Below, in pieces: positions 9,511-19,231 of a stretch of 64,000 nt of DNA (the first letter of the stretch is position 1; the number at the start of each line of letters is the position of its first letter). The notes below the pieces were generated by a model. That model had not been told where the DNA came from and ran no database searches. It saw only the letters and a list, made by a program, of their open reading frames with translations. This DNA is from Paracoccaceae bacterium (GTDB lineage Bacteria; Pseudomonadota; Alphaproteobacteria; Rhodobacterales; Rhodobacteraceae): positions 2,322,850 through 2,386,849 of the forward strand of contig CBDICG010000002.1 of the NCBI GenBank assembly GCA_965277275.1. The letters are read 5' to 3'. A program made the position numbers and the translations under genes.

Positions 9511-9930
9511 ATGCAGGCAAAGCGCGTCTCTGCCCTTTGCTTGCTGGCCACGGCGGCCCTGCTTCCGGGCACGGCCCTCGCCCAGAGCGGGAGCGATGCA
9601 TCCCGCGTCGAACAGATCGGGCCGACTGAATCCGCCCCGACGGTTGTCGAGGAGATCGACAGCGCCACGCTGCCCGCGCGTGTGGCGCGACCACCGACCC
9701 CCCAGAGCGACGATCCGTGTGACGCCCCGCGCGAGAGCCAGAGCCCGGATGTGGCGGCGGCCTGCGAGGAGGCGGAGCGCTTCTTGCTGCTGAACAGGCG
9801 CCCTAAGGTCGGTCAGGACAGCGTCGTCGTGCGAGATGAGGGTGTCTTCATCCGCATTGAATCGAAGGATGGGTCGTCGGAAATCAACCTCGGAACGGGT
9901 GTGCCGAGCTTACGCAATTCAACGAGATAG
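9511..9930 (+). CDS. Secreted hypothetical protein in the curli operon
   Basis: Signal peptide (GTALA/Q), Pro-rich middle, Cys pair (DDPCD...AAACEE). 4 bp after curlin 3, 9 bp before csgH. Confidence 0.8.
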   Translation: MQAKRVSALCLLATAALLPGTALAQSGSDASRVEQIGPTESAPTVVEEIDSATLPARVARPPTPQSDDPCDAPRESQSPDVAAACEEAERFLLLNRRPKVGQDSVVVRDEGVFIRIESKDGSSEINLGTGVPSLRNSTR

Positions 9931-9939
9931 GAACGCGCC

Positions 9940-10305
9940 ATGAAGGGTCTTCTGGGATTATTCTCCGCCATCGGTCTGATTGCGACAACGGCGCTCGCCA
10001 ACGAGGACAAGGGCGCCTGGGTCGACGCGACGCGTGACGGGAACATGGTGCGCCTCGAAGTGTTCGCGGCGCTGCAGGCGGGGGAAGGCGGACGCTACGA
10101 ACTGACCGCCACCAAGCAGGGCACGAGCGGTCGGTCGATGAACCGCCAGGCCGGGAATGTCCCTGTATCCGATGGCTCAGCCCGTGGTCCGATCAGCACA
10201 TCGAGTTTCTCGGTGGAGCGCGGCGCGACGCTGGAGGTCGAGCTCCGGGTCGTAAGTGCGTCCGGCGAGGTCTATGAGGATGTCGTCTCGATCGTCGGGG
10301 AGTAG
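9940..10305 (+). CDS. csgH: Curli chaperone CsgH-like protein
   Basis: Signal peptide; RYELTATKQGTSGRSMNRQAG matches the CsgH Y-x-L-x3-K-x-G-x-SG-x-S-x3-Q-x-G pattern; operon context. Confidence 0.8.
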   Translation: MKGLLGLFSAIGLIATTALANEDKGAWVDATRDGNMVRLEVFAALQAGEGGRYELTATKQGTSGRSMNRQAGNVPVSDGSARGPISTSSFSVERGATLEVELRVVSASGEVYEDVVSIVGE

Positions 10306-11197
10306 GCTCGGCTCCACGCGGGCGGCGTCTCGTCCGAGGGCTGCGCCTGGATTGCAGCCCGGCCCACAGCTCTCTCGCCCAATCTGTGCGACGGATACGC
10401 GATTGGCGTGCGGATGCAGCGGGGGTCAGCCCGATCCCGAACGCGGTTTCCCGATTGGCAACAAGGCGCGCCCGAGCGCGGGAAAATCCCTTTGCGCTGC
10501 GCGATGGTCCTAAGGGCATAGGGAGCAAAGAGGCGACCCGTTGCATACTGGCCTACTCTCCGCCCCGACGCGCCTCGCGTGCCCGCTTTTTGCCGGATCA
10601 GGCGCATCTGCCGCGACTGATCCGGGCGACAGCAAGTGACACGGCAACGCAGTGGCGGACACCCCGTGCGCCCGCTTTCGCCAGCCTCCCCCGTTCACGG
10701 GCGAGCGTGGTCCATCGTGGGCTTGCCCACCACCAACGTGCCTTCGTAGCCTTCGCAAGGGGCGCAACGAACTACGCGCGCATCCCTCTCTGACCGCCTC
10801 CGACCGTCGCTTCCGCCCATCGCGCTGTGTCGCAGATCATCGAGCCTGCGCTCGGAATGCACCGCACGAAAGCCGCGCGCCGCGTGCCAAAACGCGGGGC
10901 GCGCGCATCTCTGCGCATCTGCTGGCGGATCGATGCCGACGCCTCGCGGCCGCAAGCGCTTGTATGTTGGGGCCTTCATGACCTTTGCCCATTGCTGCCA
11001 CGTTTTGTCCATATCCGGATGCTCATGATCCTGCCTACAACGCTTGGGGAGGCGACTATGCTGCACAGAAGGCTGCCACTTCTGGTATCTCTGAACTTGC
11101 AGGCAAGGCCCGTCTTTCGGCACCGCGGATGCGATGCCGGAGCCGTAAGAATTTCGGCCGTCAGCGCGATTGCGACCAACAGCATGAGGCGACCGAT

Positions 11198-13654
11198 ATG
11201 AGTCTATTTCAGGCCGCACCACACCGGAGCATTTCCGACGCCGTGGCAGATCTCTGGCAATCACCGCCGGACGCCCTGAGCAGCTTCACGGCTGCTGGGG
11301 CCCTTATGAGAATCCCGGACGATCTGGCCGTCGTGTCGTCCGCCAACCTCGCAGACATGGATCTTGTCGCCCATCCGGGGGGATGCGGCTGCTTTGGCTG
11401 CGGCGTGCGCGATGACGACGAGGGCGCCGGAACCGGGCCTGTCCTGGTGTCTTCGAGCCTGCAGGCGGCCTCGCTTCAGGATCTGGCCGACTACTTGCGC
11501 GAGGGCTACTGGTCCGACTCCAACTGGTACTCTTTCAACTGGAACATGACCGGGTCGGGCAGCAACTCCAATTCCGGTGAACTCCTCTATAATCTGAGCG
11601 GGTACGACTTTTCCGATGAGATCTACGATCGGGAAGACACGAACGGGATCTCGAATGCGCGCAAGGAACTTGTGCGCGACAGTTTCGATCTGTTTGAAGA
11701 GGTCTTGGGGATCAACTTCACCGAGACGACGTCGCAGGACCCGAGCGACGTGGATTTCTTCTTCTCGGATAACGACGGTGGAGCCTACGCCTCGACGTGG
11801 ATCAACACGTCGTCGGGTACAAGCTCTATCAGTTTCGTCAACGTCGCCGCGGACTGGAGCGGAAGCACGTCGACCTTCGACGACTACACGCTGCAAACCA
11901 TCCTGCACGAGATCGGTCATGCGCTCGGCCTGGGACACCAGGGGAACTACAACGGCTCGGCCGGGTATCCGGGCAACGCAAAGTTTGCCAACGATTCCTG
12001 GCAGGCGTCCATGATGTCGTATTTCTCACAGAGCGAGAACTCGACGATCCCCGCCGACCGCGAGTTCCTCCAGACGCCGATGTCGGTGGACTGGCTGGCC
12101 CTCGAAGAGATGTACGGCGATCAGAGCTTCGGTGGCACGACCTTTGGGCTTCAGAATGCCTTCGAGGGCGATACGGTCTACGGGTTCAACACGAATATCA
12201 GCGCGTCTGTCAGCGAGATCTGGGCCCTCTTCGCCGACTACGCGGATCGGACCGCCTCGACGATTGTCGACGGCGGCGGAAGGGATACGCTGGATTTCAG
12301 CGGCTATTCCGAGAACCAGCGCATCGACCTGCGGCCATCGTCGACCAACTCGACGACGCCCGTCTCGTCCGATGTCGGCGGCCGGGTCGGGAACCTGACG
12401 ATTGCCGTGGGAACGGTCATCGAAAACGCTGTAACGGGCTCGGGTGACGACACGATCACCGGCAACGACGCGGATAACCTGATCGTTGCGAATGGCGGCG
12501 ACGACACCATCGCGGGTGGTCTGGGCGATGACACGATCGAAGGTGGCGGCGGGACGGACACGCTTGTGCTCGGCGCAGACCTCGAGTCGACGTCCATCTC
12601 GCAGCAATCTGCCGACAGGTGGATCTTCTCGCTGGAAGGCGGGACGCGGTACGACGCAAGCTCCGTGGAGTTCGTACAGTTTACCGACACGACGGTTGCT
12701 GTCGACGATCTCGAGGAAACCGGGGATGTCGAGGAGCCGGAGCCCGTTCTCCCGGGCGATGCCCTCACCGACTTCACGGATGACGGCACCAGCGACGTGC
12801 TTTGGCGCGACGGCGCGTCCGGGCGCACCGGCTACTGGGAAATGGATGGCGGAGCGCGCACGTGGAACGAAGTCGGCACCGTCACCACGGCATGGGACAT
12901 CGTGGGTTCGGGCAACTTCTCGGGCAGCAGCGCAGATGACGTTCTTTGGCGCAACACTGAGACGGGCCGGACCGGCTACTGGGAGATGGACGATGGCGAC
13001 TTCACCTTTGTCCAGCTCTCGACTGTCGGCCTGAATTGGGATGTCTTCGGTGTCGGCGACTTCGACGGCAACGAACAGGATGACATCCTGTGGAGAGATA
13101 CCGATTCCGGTCGGGTCGGATACTACCGGATGGAGAACGGCAATTTCACCTGGACCCCGCTCTCGACCGTCTCCGAGACCTGGCAGATTGTCGGCACCGG
13201 TGACTTCGACGGAAACGGTCAGGATGACATTCTTTGGCGCGACACCGCCACGGGTCGGACCGGATACTACGAGATGGACGGCAGCGAGTTCTCCTGGAAC
13301 GAGCTTGCGACTGTCGATCTCGACTGGAAGGTCGTTGGCACCGGCGATTTCAATGGCGATGGCGAGGCCGATATCCTCTGGCGCAACACCGAATCCGGGC
13401 GCAATGGCTATTGGGAAATGACGGATGGCGACTTCGCGTGGAGAGAGATTTCCGGCGCGAGCGGCAACTGGGAAGTCGCGGCAACGGGCGACTACTCCGC
13501 CGACGGGAGCGACGACATCCTGTGGCGCGACACGAACTCCGGCCGGACCGGTTACTGGGACGTCGACGGATCGTCCACATCATGGACAGAGTTGGGCGTT
13601 GTCGGCCTGAACTGGGATGTCGAGGGAACCGCACCGGATCCGTGGTGGGTCTAG
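11198..13654 (+). CDS. Serralysin-like M10 zinc metalloprotease with RTX repeats and six C-terminal FG-GAP/VCBS-like repeats
   Basis: HEIGHALGLGH, Met-turn SMMSYF, GDTVYGFN, GGxGxD repeats, six 48-aa D-F-x-G-x-G-x-D-D-I-L-W-R repeats. Start uncertain (11198 has GAGG). Confidence 0.9.
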   Translation: MSLFQAAPHRSISDAVADLWQSPPDALSSFTAAGALMRIPDDLAVVSSANLADMDLVAHPGGCGCFGCGVRDDDEGAGTGPVLVSSSLQAASLQDLADYLREGYWSDSNWYSFNWNMTGSGSNSNSGELLYNLSGYDFSDEIYDREDTNGISNARKELVRDSFDLFEEVLGINFTETTSQDPSDVDFFFSDNDGGAYASTWINTSSGTSSISFVNVAADWSGSTSTFDDYTLQTILHEIGHALGLGHQGNYNGSAGYPGNAKFANDSWQASMMSYFSQSENSTIPADREFLQTPMSVDWLALEEMYGDQSFGGTTFGLQNAFEGDTVYGFNTNISASVSEIWALFADYADRTASTIVDGGGRDTLDFSGYSENQRIDLRPSSTNSTTPVSSDVGGRVGNLTIAVGTVIENAVTGSGDDTITGNDADNLIVANGGDDTIAGGLGDDTIEGGGGTDTLVLGADLESTSISQQSADRWIFSLEGGTRYDASSVEFVQFTDTTVAVDDLEETGDVEEPEPVLPGDALTDFTDDGTSDVLWRDGASGRTGYWEMDGGARTWNEVGTVTTAWDIVGSGNFSGSSADDVLWRNTETGRTGYWEMDDGDFTFVQLSTVGLNWDVFGVGDFDGNEQDDILWRDTDSGRVGYYRMENGNFTWTPLSTVSETWQIVGTGDFDGNGQDDILWRDTATGRTGYYEMDGSEFSWNELATVDLDWKVVGTGDFNGDGEADILWRNTESGRNGYWEMTDGDFAWREISGASGNWEVAATGDYSADGSDDILWRDTNSGRTGYWDVDGSSTSWTELGVVGLNWDVEGTAPDPWWV

Positions 13655-13847
13655 CGCGGTCAGCGTGAAGTGAGGGCGGCGCGCCCGCACGTGACGTGCC
13701 GTCGCGCCGCCCTCGACCCACCGCCAGCTGTCATACGTCGCCGCGAGCCTCTCGGGCAGCGCCGAGGCGTCTTTCCCGCACGTTGCTCCTAAGGGAGGGG
13801 ATCGCGTCGAAGTGCGCCTTGCGAACAGGCAGCCACATCGCATCTTC

Positions 13848-13994
13848 CCCTGCGCCCTGCGCCCTGCGCCCTGCGCCCTGCGCCCTGCGCCCTGCGCCCT
13901 GCGCCCTGCGCCCTGCGCCCTGCGCCCTGCGCCCTGCGCCCTGCGCCCTGCGCCCTGCGCCCTGCGCCCTGCGCCCTGCGCCCTGCGCCCTGCG
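13848..13994. repeat. Heptamer tandem array (CCCTGCG)x21, perfect
   Basis: Counted directly: 147 bp, between convergent genes. Confidence 0.97.
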
Positions 13995-14202
13995 TCGCCA
14001 TCCTGCCGCTCGACACGCCTTTGGGCCGCAAGCGTGAGATCGACCGATCCTCCAGCGACGCAGATAACAGCGACCTGTGCGGTCTTGCCCTTCAGTACTC
14101 TGTTGCGCCGCCCGGCCTGCGCCATCTCCCTCGCGCCCCGCAATGATCGGGACCGGAACGGGCGGGCCATGAAAGCGGTCCCGCCCGTCGCTTGGCGCAT
14201 CC

Positions 14203-14712
14203 TCAGAGGGGCTGCGCATGGGTCCGTGCCACCCACAAAAGCCCGAAGAGCAGCAGCGCGGCGGAGGCGGCACAGGCCGCTGTCCGAACGGAGTTCCAGA
14301 ACGTCCAGACGGGGACATACTTGTGGACCCAGTATTCCTGCGCGGCCTCTGAAGCGGCGTCCATGCCGGCAAGGGCTTCGTTCATCGGAACGTTGAACAG
14401 GACCGTCACGCCAAAGCAGCCAAACAGGTAGGTCAGGCCCGCCATCATGATGAGTGTCCCCGCAGGCCCGCCCAAAACGAGCGCCCCATAGCCCGCGAAG
14501 ACAAGCGAAAGGGCTGCCATTCCGAGAAAGAGCGCCATGAAGATCCAGCGAAATACCTCGCGGTTGATCGCCTGCATCGCTTCGAGCCCGCCATGCCCGC
14601 CCGTCGTGGCGAGCGAGCGCATCACGAAGTCCGAAAACGCGAGGAAGGCGCCGCCGATCAAGGCATAGCTCACAACGGCACCGTGCAAGAGTAGAAAGAC
14701 TCCCGAGACCAT
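14203..14712 (-). CDS. DUF1772 / anthrone oxygenase family membrane protein
   Basis: GAFLAFSDFVMRSL, AMQAIN, FNVPMNEALA, WTFWNSVRT. ATG after GGAGG. Confidence 0.88.
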   Translation of the reverse strand: MVSGVFLLLHGAVVSYALIGGAFLAFSDFVMRSLATTGGHGGLEAMQAINREVFRWIFMALFLGMAALSLVFAGYGALVLGGPAGTLIMMAGLTYLFGCFGVTVLFNVPMNEALAGMDAASEAAQEYWVHKYVPVWTFWNSVRTAACAASAALLLFGLLWVARTHAQPL

Positions 14713-14771
14713 CTCCGTCCCTCCTTGGAAGGGGAGCGGCAGCAACCTGCCGTCTCCCGCCATTGATTGGG

Positions 14772-15599
14772 TTACGCGGCTGTCGACCAGGCACCGGCCC
14801 GGGCGGCGGCGGCGGCGAAGGCAGCGAAATCGCGGGGGGGGCGGCCAAGCGCGCGCTGAACGCCATCGCTCACCCGTTCGTTGCGGCCGTCGAGCGTCTC
14901 GCGTGCGATCGCGGTGAAGACGTCGGCGACGAAGCCGCCGCCCGAGGCCGCAACATTGGCGTGAAACTCCTCGAACGAGATCGGCACATGGCGGATCGGC
15001 CGGCCTGTTGCCCGGCTGAGTTCTCCGGCCATGTCGGCCCAGCTCATCAGCCGCGGCCCCGTCACTTCGTAGGTTTCACCCGCATGGCCTTCCTCGGTTA
15101 GGGCAGCGACAACGACGTCCGCAATGTCGTCGATGTCGATGATCGGATCGGTGATGGCGCCCCCCGGCATGGGAAGCACCCCCGCAAGGATCGGATCGCG
15201 CAGATACCCCTCGGAGAAGTTCTGTGCGAACCATGTGGCGCGCACGATCGTCACCTGCGGTCCGGCTGCCTTCACGGCCTCCTCGCCCAGTTTGGCGTGG
15301 TGTTCTCCCCGGCCCGAGAGCAGGACGAGCCGCTCGACGCCCGCCGCCTTGGCCTGGGCTGCAAGCGCTCCGACCTTTTCGACGCCGCCCGGGAAGGCGA
15401 GGTCGGGAAAGTAGGTCACGTAGGCGGCGCGCACGCCCTCCAGTGCAGGCCCCCAGGTCTCTTGGGCCTCCCAGTCGAAGGGGATGGCCGATTTGCGCGA
15501 TCCGCGGCGGACAGTGTGGCCAAGCGTGTCGAGCCTTGCGGCGACGCGGCGCCCGGTCTTGCCGGTGGCGCCGATAACGAGAATGGGTGCGGTAGACAT
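14772..15599 (-). CDS. NmrA-like NAD(P)H-binding atypical SDR
   Basis: ILVIGATGKTGRRV, VLLSGRGE, WFAQNFSEG, GRPPRDF. Confidence 0.92.
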   Translation of the reverse strand: MSTAPILVIGATGKTGRRVAARLDTLGHTVRRGSRKSAIPFDWEAQETWGPALEGVRAAYVTYFPDLAFPGGVEKVGALAAQAKAAGVERLVLLSGRGEHHAKLGEEAVKAAGPQVTIVRATWFAQNFSEGYLRDPILAGVLPMPGGAITDPIIDIDDIADVVVAALTEEGHAGETYEVTGPRLMSWADMAGELSRATGRPIRHVPISFEEFHANVAASGGGFVADVFTAIARETLDGRNERVSDGVQRALGRPPRDFAAFAAAAARAGAWSTAA

Positions 15600-15704
15600 G
15601 GTGTGTTCCCCTATGTGTCAGTTGATGACCAAGGGGTAAGACACGAAGCATCCGCGCGTATTGATCGCGCCTGCCAGCGTTTTGACCTTCGGCGCCAATT
15701 GGCG

Positions 15705-16709
15705 TCAGGGTGCGCTTTGCTTCTTTCGGTAGCTTGCCGGGGTCTCTCCCGTCCAACGCTTGAACGCGCGCGTAAAGGCGCTCTGCTCGGAGAAGCCTGT
15801 GAGAAAGGCGATTTCGGCCAGGGAATACTGGTTTTCCCGGAGCATCCCGAGCGCGAGTTCGCGCCGTGTTTCGGCAGTCAGGGTCTGGAAGGTCACGCCG
15901 TGTTCGGTCAGGCGGCGGTGGAAAGACCGTGCGCTCAGCCCCAGCCCGCGCGCGATGTCCGCCATCTTCGGCAGGCCCTCGCTGAGCGCACGGGCGATGG
16001 CATCCCGCGCCGTGCGCACAAGTGCAGCGTCTTCCCGGATCTCGGAGAGTTCCCTGTCGAGATGCGCGATCAGGAACCGCGTGATGCCCTCGTCACCGAG
16101 GCGGTTGGGCTCTTCCAGCGACGCGCGCGACAGCAGCATCGCGTCCTGATCGGCGCCAAACCGAACCGGGCAGCCGAAATAGGCCTCGTGTTGGTGAACG
16201 TCTTTTGGGCCGGGATGTTTGAAGCACACCTCGAGGGGAGCGAATGACCGGTGCGTCACCTGCCGGGCCAAGGACACACCGCTGGCCAGATCCGCCTCGA
16301 TCGACAGGCGCATGCCCAGCCGGCGCGCGCCTTCCCTGTGCTCGACGAACCAGGCCCCCTGTTCGGTCTCCTGCACCTCGTAGCGGACGATACTTGTCCA
16401 GAGGCGCGCGTATCGCGCAACGCGCGAGAAGGATCCCAAAAGGTTCGGCGCCGCCTTCCACGCGAGCCCCAGCGCGCCGTATTCGTCGGGCCGCATGGAG
16501 TCACCGACCGTCAGCGGCAAGGCGGTGATGTCCATCTGCTCTGCCATGAGCTCGAGCATGCCGTAGTAGGCATCCTCCGAGAGCATGATCTTGGGATCCC
16601 AGGGCCCGTCCGGATCCAGCGCGACGGAGTCCAGCACCTGCCGTGCGTCGATCGCATCGCCTGCCGTCGCGACGACCTTGCGTGCGAAGAGCGAGGTGAC
16701 TTCACCCAT
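15705..16709 (-). CDS. AraC family transcriptional regulator
   Basis: YGALGLAWKAAPNL ligand domain; C-terminal LGLSARSFHRRL and IAFLTGFSEQSAFTRAFKRWTG. Confidence 0.95.
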   Translation of the reverse strand: MGEVTSLFARKVVATAGDAIDARQVLDSVALDPDGPWDPKIMLSEDAYYGMLELMAEQMDITALPLTVGDSMRPDEYGALGLAWKAAPNLLGSFSRVARYARLWTSIVRYEVQETEQGAWFVEHREGARRLGMRLSIEADLASGVSLARQVTHRSFAPLEVCFKHPGPKDVHQHEAYFGCPVRFGADQDAMLLSRASLEEPNRLGDEGITRFLIAHLDRELSEIREDAALVRTARDAIARALSEGLPKMADIARGLGLSARSFHRRLTEHGVTFQTLTAETRRELALGMLRENQYSLAEIAFLTGFSEQSAFTRAFKRWTGETPASYRKKQSAP

Positions 16710-17104
16710 ATTGACGGACCCAGGCGGACACCGCGGCGCATCCGGTACAGGCGGTGGGCACGCGATCCCGACCCGACCGAGGGCGCGCTGCGCCGTGCGC
16801 GATCAGACGAAGGCCAGCGCCTCGTGCTTTACCTGAGAGCCCGCGCCCCGCCGAAGGGTCTTGTTGTGTTCTGGTCATTGCGAGCCCCTGTTTGCCACAA
16901 AAGGCAAGGGGCCCCGCTGCACAGGCCCCGTCGCCGACAATGCCACTCCGTGGGCCCCCACGGAAAGGGATCTTTGGCGCGCGTGAGCTGGTCGGAAAAA
17001 GATTTGCCGGTATCGCGTCCAAACATGTCATAGTGACGTTGGGTAATGGCGGTTTGCTTCGTGCGCGTGGTTCTTGGTTCAGGGCACCATCAGCGGGGGC
17101 AAGA

Positions 17105-17806
17105 ATGGCATCAAACGACACGATCGGTTCTGGCGGTTTTGGCGGTTCTGGCGGTTCTGGCGGTTCTGGCGGTTCTGGCGGTTCCGGCAGCTTCGAGGCC
17201 GAGATGCGGGCCGCGCTGTTTGACGCGCGGCGGTCCATGCGCACGCGCCGTTTCACCCAGGACAGCCCGCTGTTGCCGGATATCTGGCTGGCGTTCGCCG
17301 CCGCTCCGAGTGCTCCTCTCGACATGCTCATCAATCCAACGCGCGGCAAGCGCACAGGCATGGTCGCGCAGGAAATGCGCGGTCTCGTCGAGGCATTGCG
17401 CGATACCGGGCGGTCCGACGAGGCCACCGTGCGGGGAAGCTGGGGCACCGCCGAGCCGCGTATCGTCCACATGCCGGGAATGATCGTCGCGCGGCTCTAT
17501 TTCAACGAGCTGATGCGCATCGTCCTGCCCAGTACGAATTGGTGGGACACACAGATGGGCCTGCTCGATGGCGGCCCGTTCAGCCGTGCCGAGCGTGATG
17601 AGAACGGCTCCGAAGCGGAGCGCCACCACCTCTTCAACGCCGCCCAGATCAACAAGCTGATCGATGTCTACGACGCAGTCGTGGCCGAGGATCAGCCGCT
17701 CGAGACGATCAAGTCCCTCCAGCCGCCGCCCTACGAGTTTCTCAAGCTCATCGAGGTCGCTGCGCTGGTCGTCGGGCGGCATCTCGAAGGGCAGATCGAG
17801 GCATGA
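17105..17806 (+). CDS. N-terminal part of an S8 peptidase gene, ends at an in-frame TGA
   Basis: ATG after GGGGG RBS; GS-rich start, then RFTQDSPLLPDIWLAF...LYFNELMRIVLPSTNWW. Same frame as 17840..19216. Confidence 0.75.
   Translation: MASNDTIGSGGFGGSGGSGGSGGSGGSGSFEAEMRAALFDARRSMRTRRFTQDSPLLPDIWLAFAAAPSAPLDMLINPTRGKRTGMVAQEMRGLVEALRDTGRSDEATVRGSWGTAEPRIVHMPGMIVARLYFNELMRIVLPSTNWWDTQMGLLDGGPFSRAERDENGSEAERHHLFNAAQINKLIDVYDAVVAEDQPLETIKSLQPPPYEFLKLIEVAALVVGRHLEGQIEA
17126..17188 (+). repeat. 9-bp in-frame tandem repeat (GGTTCTGGC)x7, two variant units, encoding a Gly/Ser tract
   Basis: Counted directly. Confidence 0.92.
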
Positions 17807-19216
17807 GACGAAGACGCCGCATCCGCTATTCTGCACCCGGTGCGCCTCTTCGCGTCGCTCTACGAGAAGTGGCCCGCCGACCCGACGCAACCCCGCTCGC
17901 GCGCCGTCATCTGGAACGTCACGCGCAACAGAAAGGCCGATCCGGCGATCGAGAAGTCGGTCAAGGCGATGAAAGCCGATGCGGGCCGAATGCTCTTCAG
18001 CATCGATTGCAGCGCGCTGCGCTGTGCCGTGATCGACAGCGGGATCGACACGCTGCACCCCGCCTTCCAAAACCGCGAGCCCAGGTCCGGCGAGCCTCGG
18101 TCGCGCGTCATTGGAACCTACGATTTCGGCGATCTGCGCTATGCCCTCGACCCGCGCTTTCTGGAAAAGCTGCGCGACCTCGTGCGCACCGGAACGCAGC
18201 CGCCGAGCGAGACCTCCCCGAAACGCGAGGATCGCGCCCTTGCGCGCACCCATCGCCGCTTTTCGGGCTACGATGCGCCGGGGACGGCGCAGATCCGCGA
18301 GGACCGTCTCGCGGACTACCTCCAGCTTGTGATTGACCGCGCCAATGCCGGGCTCGAGATCGACTGGGCCGTGGTCGAACCGCTCATCCACGAGCCCCTG
18401 ACGGACACCGTCGCTCCGCCTCCGCCGCGCCTCCCCCACGGGACGCAGGTCGCCGGGGTGCTGGCCGCCGATCACCCGCAAGCGGATGGCTCGCGGCTGG
18501 CGGGCGTTTGCCCGGATCTGCGCCTCTACGATCTCCGCGTCGTATCCGAAACGGAGGACAACGCGACAACCGTCGCGGCACATGATTTCGAGGTCATCGC
18601 GGCGCTGAAGTTTCTCGGGCACCTGAACGGGCGGGCCGACGAGCCCGCTGTGCACGCGGCCAACGTATCGGTCTCGATCCCGCATGACGTGTCCCGCTTT
18701 GCCTGCGGGCGCACACCCATCTGCGAGGAATGCGAGCGCCTCGTATCCTCCGGCGTCGCGGTCGTCGCTGCGGCGGGCAACTCCGGCTACAATGACGACG
18801 AGGATGTGGATGCCCGGTTCTACCGCTCCGGTTCGATCACGGATCCGGGGAATGCCGAGCTGGTGCTGACCGTTGGCTCGACGCATCGCGAGATGCCCCA
18901 CCAGTATGGCGTCAGTTACTTTTCGTCTCGCGGACCGACCGGCGATGGCCGGCGCAAGCCGGATCTCGTCGCTCCGGGGGAAAAGTTGAGCGTTCCGGCG
19001 CCGGGCGGGCGCCTCGATATCGTGGACGGAACGAGCTTCGCCGCGCCGCATGTCACGGGGGCCGCGCTCCTGATGATGGCCCGGCATACCGAGCTGATCG
19101 GGCGCCCCCAGCGCATCAAGGAAGTCCTGTGCAGCTCCGCCACGGATCTCGGCCGGGAGCCCTATTCGCAAGGCGCCGGCATGCTCGATGTGCTGCGGGC
19201 GCTGCAATCCATTTGA
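17807..19216 (+). CDS. S8 subtilisin-like serine protease catalytic domain (continuation after TGA; possible GTG start 17840)
   Basis: Triad intact: AVIDSGID, PHGTQVAG, AAGNSG, GTSFAAPHVTG. No signal peptide. Confidence 0.9.
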   Translation, partial: DEDAASAILHPVRLFASLYEKWPADPTQPRSRAVIWNVTRNRKADPAIEKSVKAMKADAGRMLFSIDCSALRCAVIDSGIDTLHPAFQNREPRSGEPRSRVIGTYDFGDLRYALDPRFLEKLRDLVRTGTQPPSETSPKREDRALARTHRRFSGYDAPGTAQIREDRLADYLQLVIDRANAGLEIDWAVVEPLIHEPLTDTVAPPPPRLPHGTQVAGVLAADHPQADGSRLAGVCPDLRLYDLRVVSETEDNATTVAAHDFEVIAALKFLGHLNGRADEPAVHAANVSVSIPHDVSRFACGRTPICEECERLVSSGVAVVAAAGNSGYNDDEDVDARFYRSGSITDPGNAELVLTVGSTHREMPHQYGVSYFSSRGPTGDGRRKPDLVAPGEKLSVPAPGGRLDIVDGTSFAAPHVTGAALLMMARHTELIGRPQRIKEVLCSSATDLGREPYSQGAGMLDVLRALQSI

Positions 19217-19231
19217 GAGGAGAATTGAACA

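Noticed and set aside
7650-9668. Long antisense ORFs (also 17111..19207, 19319..21334, 32982..34493, 49974..51587, 61151..63130)
   Set aside because: Mirror frames of high-GC3 genes, which rarely contain stops; the opposite strand carries clear motifs.
13848-13994. Possible CRISPR array (also considered for the 153-bp and 366-bp repeats)
   Set aside because: No unique spacers between repeats and no cas genes in the window.
13696-14396. ORFs with RRAQGAG / PAPCALR repeats in several frames
   Set aside because: Translations of the (CCCTGCG)n array; no RBS or codon bias. The same applies to RRSPVAG (about 45100) and RRATGDG (about 61230) ORFs.
17804-17806. Selenocysteine recoding of the in-frame TGA
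   Set aside because: The position is not catalytic in S8 proteases, no SECIS-like hairpin was recognised downstream, and no sel genes are in the window.
17803-18336. ORF MRRRRR.. starting at the ATGA overlap
   Set aside because: Off-frame shadow inside the S8 gene with Arg-rich nonsense composition.
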